From a candidate division FCPU426 bacterium (GTDB taxonomy: Bacteria; Oederibacteriota; PGYV01; Palsa-1178), in the NCBI GenBank assembly GCA_963840035.1, contig CAWIXE010000002.1, forward strand, positions 578,236 through 642,235: a stretch of DNA of 64,000 nt, read 5' to 3'. Positions within the stretch are counted from its first letter, which is position 1. Every line of letters begins with the position of its first letter. Below are positions 58,232 to 64,000 of the stretch, piece after piece. Both the position numbers and the translations under genes were made by a program. Under the pieces are notes generated by a model. It made no database searches, was not told where the DNA came from, and worked only from the letters and a program-made list of their open reading frames with translations.

Positions 58232-59314
58232 ATGAAAACATACGACGTAATAATAGCGGGCGCCGGGCTGGCAGGCCTTGCCCTCGCAAAAGAACTGTCA
58301 GGGTCAGGAGTGTCGGTGCTTGTGCTTGATAAAAAAAGCAGGGCAACAGACGCGCCATACCATTCATCGGGAACATTTATGAACCCGGCAGAATATTCCA
58401 TTCCTTTGAATTTTTTTCACCCGATAAATGAAATTGAGTTTGATTCAAAAAACGAATCCTGTTTAAAAAAAGTTGAAAATTGCCATGTGCTTGACAGGGT
58501 GAAATATTACCAGTGGCTTGAAAAGGAAGCGCTTGCGTCGGATAACGTCAGGATAAGGTACGGATGCAGGGTGCTTGGCGCTGAATATAAAGGCGGAAAA
58601 ATTCGGGATTTGCTGTGCGATGATAAAGGCAGGAACATCAGGCTGCATGCTTCAATATACATTGATTGCACAGGATTATCAGCGGCGCTTGGCGCAAAGG
58701 CCGGATTGACGCCGAAAAAATGCGTCATGGCGCTTGGAGTGGAACACCTCGTTCCGACAAAATCAGCCCCGAACCGGGCATGCTTTTATGTGGGCGGCAA
58801 CCTGTGGGGCGGATACGGATGGGTGTTTCCGAAACAGGGAAACATATCCATAGCCGGAGCAGGGGTAATCAGAAGGGAGAGGTATTCTTCAATTGACGCG
58901 ATATATGAGGAAATGTGGGAAAAGAGGGGGCTTTCAGTAATTTGCAGGCACAGATCTCTGGGTAAAAAGTTTGCCACTTTAAGGACAGGCAGGCCGTTAA
59001 ATAAATTTGTCAGTGGGAACCTTATGATAGTAGGAGATTCAGCGCTCCAGGCAAACCCGCTTATAGGCGAAGGCATAAGGTTTGTTTTAGACGCGGTAAA
59101 GGAGGCGGCGGGATGTATCAGGAGCGCCATAAGTTCAGGCAACATAGGAATTATAAAAAAATATGGAACTACCTGGAAAAGCAGGTACCTGAAAAGTTTC
59201 AGGTTCTCGTATTGGATGCAGAAAATGCTCCGTGAGGTTACCTTAAATGACTGGATACTTGATAAAGGGGTTAAAGTGCTGACGTCTGCAATGACTACCA
59301 GTTCCGCAGGGTGA
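58232..59314 (+). CDS. FAD-dependent oxidoreductase, geranylgeranyl-reductase family
   Basis: N-terminal dinucleotide fold YDVIIAGAGLAGLALA and GDSA-type FAD motif MIVGDSALQANPLIGEGI. Confidence 0.7.
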   Translation: MKTYDVIIAGAGLAGLALAKELSGSGVSVLVLDKKSRATDAPYHSSGTFMNPAEYSIPLNFFHPINEIEFDSKNESCLKKVENCHVLDRVKYYQWLEKEALASDNVRIRYGCRVLGAEYKGGKIRDLLCDDKGRNIRLHASIYIDCTGLSAALGAKAGLTPKKCVMALGVEHLVPTKSAPNRACFYVGGNLWGGYGWVFPKQGNISIAGAGVIRRERYSSIDAIYEEMWEKRGLSVICRHRSLGKKFATLRTGRPLNKFVSGNLMIVGDSALQANPLIGEGIRFVLDAVKEAAGCIRSAISSGNIGIIKKYGTTWKSRYLKSFRFSYWMQKMLREVTLNDWILDKGVKVLTSAMTTSSAG

Positions 59315-59399
59315 TAAGCGCGGACATATCCTTAAGTTTTATGCTGTTTATAGTTGTGGAAGCGTGGATGAAGATTAAGGTTTGGAAAACGCACAGGTA

Positions 59400-59482
59400 A
59401 TTTTCAATTTAGAATTTTCAATTTTCAATTAAGAACGGACCGGTGTTAATTGAAAATTCAAAATTGAAAATGGAAAATTTGT
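59400..59482. repeat. Imperfect palindrome, about 35 bp per arm, built from TTTTCAATT units; lies between convergent genes and is a possible bidirectional terminator
   Basis: aattttcaatttagaattttcaattttcaattaag - gaacggaccggtg - ttaattgaaaattcaaaattgaaaatggaaaatt. Confidence 0.7.
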
Positions 59483-59484
59483 TT

Positions 59485-59940
59485 TTATTCAATCCAGAAC
59501 GAAATAACCTCTAAATTCTTATTCGCCTGCCTTAACCTGTTTGACAGGACCTTAACAAGGATATCGACAATTTTTAAGGCTGTCTGAGGGGATTTTGCGC
59601 GCAGGGCCTGGTAGTTATCGCGGGTAATCGTCAGGACCACCGTGTCAGCCCCGGCTTTGGCTGCCGCAGAGCGCGGCATGCCGTCTAACAGGGACATCTC
59701 GCCAAAAAATTCGCCGGCGTTTATGACTGCTATGGTGTTTTCGGTTTCTTTGACTTTTTTTGTTATTTTGACAGAACCGTTTTTGATGACAAACATTTTA
59801 TCGCCCGGGCCTTCTTCGGGGAATATCGTGGAGCCGGCTTTAAATGACTCCTCCGCGCATATGGCGCTTATCGCGTCAGCGTCCGCCTGTGTTAAGTCTT
59901 TAAAACCCTTATTTTGAAGTAAAAAATCAGCTGAGCCCAT
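59485..59940 (-). CDS. Stand-alone cyclic-nucleotide-binding (CAP effector) domain protein
   Basis: FGEMSLLDGMPRSAAAKA, with RxA at the phosphate-binding cassette. A length of 151 aa with no HTH. Confidence 0.8.
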   Translation of the reverse strand: MGSADFLLQNKGFKDLTQADADAISAICAEESFKAGSTIFPEEGPGDKMFVIKNGSVKITKKVKETENTIAVINAGEFFGEMSLLDGMPRSAAAKAGADTVVLTITRDNYQALRAKSPQTALKIVDILVKVLSNRLRQANKNLEVISFWIE

Positions 59941-60084
59941 GTAAACCTCCTGAAAAAATAGTTTAAAGTTTGAAGTTTATAGTTTAAAGCTGAAAAATAA
60001 AAGAAGACTCTAAACAGTAAACTTATTTATATTTTACTGCGAATCACGGAAAAATCAAGAGGAAAAGGCAGGTCGAAAAATGTA

Positions 60085-61295
60085 GGTAAGTTGCAAGTTT
60101 TAATGCACCACTCCCTGAATCCCACACATTTTTCTTGTAGCATTTTGAATTATCATGTCGTTGGCTGTTTTGTATCCAAATATCCCTCTGGGATAGTTGT
60201 TTATCCAATTTTGGGCCTTTTTTACCGTTTCTACAGACACTTCCCCTATATCCGTCCCTTTAGGTACGAACCGCCTTATTATGCGGTTTGTATTCTCGTT
60301 GGTTCCTCTTTCAAAAGAACTGAAAGGATGCGCGTAATATAGCATGGTCCTTTTTGTCCCTGGCTTTAATTTACTCTCTTCAAGGGTTCTCCAATCGAGA
60401 AACTCCGAACCGTTGTCTGCGGTTATCGTCTTGAATATCCTGGCAAACAAACCGCCATAAGTCCTTTCGAGTCCAGTCAACGCCTTGTCCACTTCTTCGA
60501 CCTTGCAACAGTTCATCTTAATTATTATTTCCTGTCTTGTCATACGTTCGCTGATTGTCAGAAGACATGCTCTTGTCCATTTAATACCCTTAACAACATC
60601 TATCTCCCAGTGACCATACTCCGTTCTTTCGTTTGCCGCCTTTGGTCTTTCTTCTATGCTCTTGAAAAGCCTGCTTCTATTTACTTTTCCGACCTTCCGA
60701 TACTTCTTTTTACGCCTTCCTCCATATACCAGTTCTGCTTCTCCAACACCTGCAAACACACCGGAATGTATATAATTGTAAACTGTCTTTATGCACAGAT
60801 ATGTCTTAAACCCCAGCTTGGTTCGCATTATTTCGCCTATTACTGCTGCCGGCGAATACTTATCCTGCGTTATCTTCCGTTCTATATGCCTGCTTAGTTC
60901 GTGGTCAAACCCGATCTTTAACGGGCGTCCTTTGTTCTTTTGTTTTTCATCATAGTCCAGCTGTCCATGATCGGCCCTATATACCAATCTCTCTTTGAGT
61001 TCCCAATCCGTCTGTATTACAGAACCTCTTTTTATCTCACGATTTATCGTGCTTGGGTCTCTTCCAAGTTGTTCGGCTATCTCACGCCCAGTACACTTCT
61101 TATCGCGCAGAGCCTCAATCTGGTACCGTTCTTTTAAACTTAAATACTTGTTTTTCCTGTCCCTTGTGGTAATCTTGACTTGTCCCATCATTCACCTCGT
61201 GTTTTTTATGGTGTCTTCGCAAACAACATAATAACACAAGTGCTTGGTGGGACTTTTTATTTACTCAGATGGTGCATTTCATCTTACACTTTTTA
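60085..61295 (-). mobile_element. IS30-family insertion sequence, copy 2, flanked by a 15-bp perfect direct repeat
   Basis: aggtcgaaaaatgta at 60070-60084 and at 61296-61310. The ends ggtaagttgcaagttttaatgcacca and tggtgcatttcatcttacac are imperfectly inverted. The length of 1211 bp is typical of IS30. Confidence 0.7.
60100..61191 (-). CDS. IS30-family DDE transposase, about 50% identical to copy 1
   Basis: HTH CTGREIAEQLGRDPSTINREIKRG, plus HWEIDVVKG, ITADNGSEF and FERGTNEN. Confidence 0.9.
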   Translation of the reverse strand: MMGQVKITTRDRKNKYLSLKERYQIEALRDKKCTGREIAEQLGRDPSTINREIKRGSVIQTDWELKERLVYRADHGQLDYDEKQKNKGRPLKIGFDHELSRHIERKITQDKYSPAAVIGEIMRTKLGFKTYLCIKTVYNYIHSGVFAGVGEAELVYGGRRKKKYRKVGKVNRSRLFKSIEERPKAANERTEYGHWEIDVVKGIKWTRACLLTISERMTRQEIIIKMNCCKVEEVDKALTGLERTYGGLFARIFKTITADNGSEFLDWRTLEESKLKPGTKRTMLYYAHPFSSFERGTNENTNRIIRRFVPKGTDIGEVSVETVKKAQNWINNYPRGIFGYKTANDMIIQNATRKMCGIQGVVH

Positions 61296-61312
61296 AGGTC
61301 GAAAAATGTAAG

Positions 61313-63262
61313 CTACCAGAAATCGTGCTTGATTTTGGGCTTGTCACCGTTGTTGTCGTCGTTTTTAGGTTTCTGATCCTTCGCGGTTTCATCATATGTC
61401 GGCATGTTTGAGTGTGTTACATTTGTGTGAGGCTGGTTTAACGGCATCCTGGGCGTAAGCGGCGCTGTGCTGGCAGGGTGTATGGGAGAAATACCGTCGA
61501 TTGCGGATACGCCTGAGCCGTGAACGGGTTCCTGTGGGATTATTGGCCTGTGAATAGGTTGTTTCTTGAATTCAGGCATCTTATCAGTGGGCAGTTCTCC
61601 TTCGCCTACGGGTTTTATGACTGTTTCCATATAATTCTCAGGCGGTGTCTGCGTGCCGGTATCAAACTTCGGCTGAGGCTGGGGTTCCTGCACATGTTTG
61701 TATTCCAGATTGACAGCCGTCTGTTCAAACACCGGTTGCTGCTGTTTCCATGGGGCTTCTTCAGGCCTCGGAGGCAGGTCAATCATTCCCGGCTGGTCAG
61801 GTTCATTTAGAACTTCTATATCAGGCGGCGGCACGTGTGCCGGAGGCGCGGCCTGAGGTATAATAACCGGCGGAACAACCGGAACCCGCACTGAGGGTGT
61901 AGGCGGAGCCTGCTGTACGGCGGGCTTTACCGGCTCGTCAGGAAGTCCTGCCATCTTTCTTTTCATTTTTTCCTTCATTTGTTTCATGTACTCGTTCTGG
62001 TCAATGGCTTTCGCAGGCTGGTGCGTCGCGGGTTGTCCCGGGGTAAATGACGGAACTGCAGGCTGGTTTACCTGCGCCTGCGGAACCGGCGCGGGAGGGA
62101 CGTTTATTTTTTTATCGGCCATTTTTTCCTTGAGGTTTTTCATGTAATCTTTTTCATCCCTTTTTTCCATCTGAGGGGGAGGGGAAGCCGGTTTTGACAT
62201 GCCTTCGGGTTTTTCCTCTATGTACATGTTGAATAATTCCTGAACCTCGGCTAAAGGCATGGATTTCATGTCGGCAATCCTCTGCATGGCGTCTTCGACC
62301 ATGTTGCCGTGTTCGTGTATCCTGATGTGCTTTGTGAATTCGGCGACTGCTTTGTCTATATTGCCGCGGTTCTGGTAAAGCTGCCCGAGCATATAGTGCG
62401 AATTGGCGTAAGTAGGGTCAAGCGCCACGGCTTTTTTATACATTTTTACCGCGATATCAGGCTGGTCCTTTTTGTCGTAGATTAAGCCGATGGTATTGTA
62501 AGTTTTGGCGCTTTTCGGGTTTAAAATGAGCGCCTTTTCAAATGCCTTAATGGCATTGTCATATTCCTCGCGGTGCTGGTAAGTATATCCGAGATTGGTG
62601 TACGCGCTTAAATAATTCGGGTCAATCAGCAGCGCCTGGTTGAAAGCTTCGATGGCTTTATCCTGCATGTGCCTTTCAAGGTATGCCACGCCGAGGTCGT
62701 GGTAGTTTTTCGCCTTGTTGACGTTTTGTTTTGCCGATTCCTGCAGTTTTGTTATGGCGTCATCCATGGACTCGCCTGTGCCTTTTATGAATGAGTCAAT
62801 GCCGAGGTGGTAAAGCCTCTCGGTAAAAACAGGGTCGAGTTCGCCCGCTTTTTTGAACATCTGCAGAGCCTCTTCAAACTTGGCGGAGTCATAATACACG
62901 TTGCCAAGGTTGTTGTAGAGCACCGCGGCGCCCGGGTTCTGCTCAATGCCTTTCTGATATACAAAAATCGCGTCGCTGTATTTGGACTGGCGGGCGAATA
63001 AAAGGCCCAGGTTGTTAAAGGCCTCAAGATGATGGGGGTTTATATTGACGAGTTTTTTAAGGATGTCATACGCAAGGCCGAATTCCTTCATGTCAGAGTA
63101 TACAAACCCGAGGTTAAACAGTGCTTCTTCGTCTTTAGGGAAGAGTTTCAGGGCGTTTTCAAATTCCTTTATGGCTTTTTCATGGTCGTTTTTATCAGCG
63201 TATTCAAGCCCTTTTTTTATGTGTTCCGCCTTTTTTTCCTCGTCAGACTTAAATAATCCCAT
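61313..63262 (-). CDS. TPR-repeat protein (about 340 aa of TPR units) with a roughly 300-aa Pro/Gln-rich low-complexity C-terminus
   Basis: Repeated TPR consensus (AxxxxxLGxxYxxxxxYxxAIxxYxKALxLxP). The C-terminal PPAPVPQAQVNQPAVP..PVVPPVIIPQAAPPAHVPPP is low-complexity. Confidence 0.85.
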   Translation of the reverse strand: MGLFKSDEEKKAEHIKKGLEYADKNDHEKAIKEFENALKLFPKDEEALFNLGFVYSDMKEFGLAYDILKKLVNINPHHLEAFNNLGLLFARQSKYSDAIFVYQKGIEQNPGAAVLYNNLGNVYYDSAKFEEALQMFKKAGELDPVFTERLYHLGIDSFIKGTGESMDDAITKLQESAKQNVNKAKNYHDLGVAYLERHMQDKAIEAFNQALLIDPNYLSAYTNLGYTYQHREEYDNAIKAFEKALILNPKSAKTYNTIGLIYDKKDQPDIAVKMYKKAVALDPTYANSHYMLGQLYQNRGNIDKAVAEFTKHIRIHEHGNMVEDAMQRIADMKSMPLAEVQELFNMYIEEKPEGMSKPASPPPQMEKRDEKDYMKNLKEKMADKKINVPPAPVPQAQVNQPAVPSFTPGQPATHQPAKAIDQNEYMKQMKEKMKRKMAGLPDEPVKPAVQQAPPTPSVRVPVVPPVIIPQAAPPAHVPPPDIEVLNEPDQPGMIDLPPRPEEAPWKQQQPVFEQTAVNLEYKHVQEPQPQPKFDTGTQTPPENYMETVIKPVGEGELPTDKMPEFKKQPIHRPIIPQEPVHGSGVSAIDGISPIHPASTAPLTPRMPLNQPHTNVTHSNMPTYDETAKDQKPKNDDNNGDKPKIKHDFW

Positions 63263-63342
63263 GTGTGATGAGTTCTCCTATAAGATATGTGGTATTAAAA
63301 TTATATAAACATTACAGGTAAAAGTCAATACACATAAAAACG

Positions 63343-63372
63343 GGCAAAAAAAAGCCCCCGGTTAAGGGGGCT
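63343..63372 (-). terminator. Rho-independent terminator on the minus strand, after the partial OMP gene
   Basis: aaaaaaaagcccccggttaagggggcttttt gives a hairpin with T/A runs on both sides, so it may be bidirectional. Confidence 0.75.
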
Positions 63373-63389
63373 TTTTATAGATAACTTGA

Positions 63390-64000
63390 TTAGTAGTTCA
63401 TGGTTACGTTTACGCCTATGTTAAATCCCGAGAATTCAAATTTTGTTGGGTCTGAACCGTTGAACTTTACTACGTCGCCTTTTGAAACCCCGGTGCCGTT
63501 TTTGTCAGCTTTCATTTCTGAAACATCAGCCATCCTGTAGCCAAAAGACAGGCCTGCGGATAAAGCTTCCATTATCTCGTAATTGATCCTGGCGCCTATA
63601 TCAAGCACAAATGTCCCGCCTGTTGACGGATATTCTTCTTTGCTGGTGCCGGTTGATTCCGTAAACTTCGCCCTTGCCAGCCCGTAACCGGCGTAAAGGT
63701 CGCCGATTAATGAAACCGGTACGGAAGGTATCTTGTATTCATAATTACCGCCAACCATGAGGGGTATCAGGGAAGCGTCAATGGTAGTTTCGTTCGAACC
63801 CGATGTTATTTTTCCCTGGAAACAGCCAATGTATTCAAGCCTTGGGCCGAGCGCAACGGGTATGCCTTTAAATAGGAAGAAGTCAGCGTCCACGCCTATG
63901 ACATATGCGGTTGTAAGTTTTGTAACCGAAGTCCCGGGAGTTCCGGCAATCGTGTCGAGTGTTTTATTTAATGCAGCCATTGAGATAAAAGACATGTCAA
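63390..64000 (-). CDS. Outer-membrane beta-barrel protein (OmpA-like / OmpW-like barrel, PF13505-like); the 5' end lies beyond the window
   Basis: Alternating hydrophobic beta-strands and a C-terminal aromatic residue (VNVTMNY). The ORF is open to the window edge. Confidence 0.55.
   Translation of the reverse strand, partial: DMSFISMAALNKTLDTIAGTPGTSVTKLTTAYVIGVDADFFLFKGIPVALGPRLEYIGCFQGKITSGSNETTIDASLIPLMVGGNYEYKIPSVPVSLIGDLYAGYGLARAKFTESTGTSKEEYPSTGGTFVLDIGARINYEIMEALSAGLSFGYRMADVSEMKADKNGTGVSKGDVVKFNGSDPTKFEFSGFNIGVNVTMNY

Noticed and set aside
1-64000. Searched for CRISPR arrays, tRNA (GTTCGAATCC-type T-arms) and rRNA
   Set aside because: No regularly spaced 25-40 bp direct repeats and no tRNA-like T-arm or acceptor patterns found by eye. 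The motif clusters at 58095-58210 and 59400-59482 lack CRISPR periodicity.

Overview
This is a chromosomal segment from a strict-anaerobe-like diderm bacterium. GC content is moderate, canonical AGGAGG ribosome-binding sites are strong, genes are mostly on the + strand, and two SLH-domain beta-barrel proteins indicate an SLH-anchored outer membrane. Content by position: (i) a [FeFe]-hydrogenase module: a partial NuoF-like flavoprotein fused to a GltD-like domain, followed by a CpI-type HydA; (ii) an AT-rich mobile island (about 4.3-7.2 kb) carrying a Y1/HUH transposase fused to a DnaA-C-like HTH, an internally deleted MITE-like copy, a cold-shock protein and an IS30 element; (iii) housekeeping genes: class III adenylate cyclase, pgi, class I FBP aldolase, Zn-ADH, an XRE regulator with a membrane protein, ExbB-ExbD-TonB with a frameshifted TonB-dependent receptor, and prfC; (iv) a cassette of two small FliG C-terminal-like proteins flanked by REP-like palindromes; (v) a roughly 30 kb xyloglucan-type polysaccharide utilization locus: xylB, xylA, GH29, a sugar SBP, two SLH-porin paralogs, GH74-like, GH31, GH2, GH36 (frameshifted), SASA esterase, GH43-like, GH clan A with CBM32 (frameshifted), CE4-GH5 fusion, GH43; (vi) a histidine kinase, a katG 5' remnant with a GC-rich hypothetical gene, comM with a four-helix-bundle gene, a geranylgeranyl-reductase-family gene, a cNMP-binding protein, a second IS30 flanked by a 15-bp direct repeat, a TPR/Pro-rich protein and a partial OMP. 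No rRNA, tRNA or CRISPR array was recognised. All calls rest on motif recognition by eye; no database search was run.
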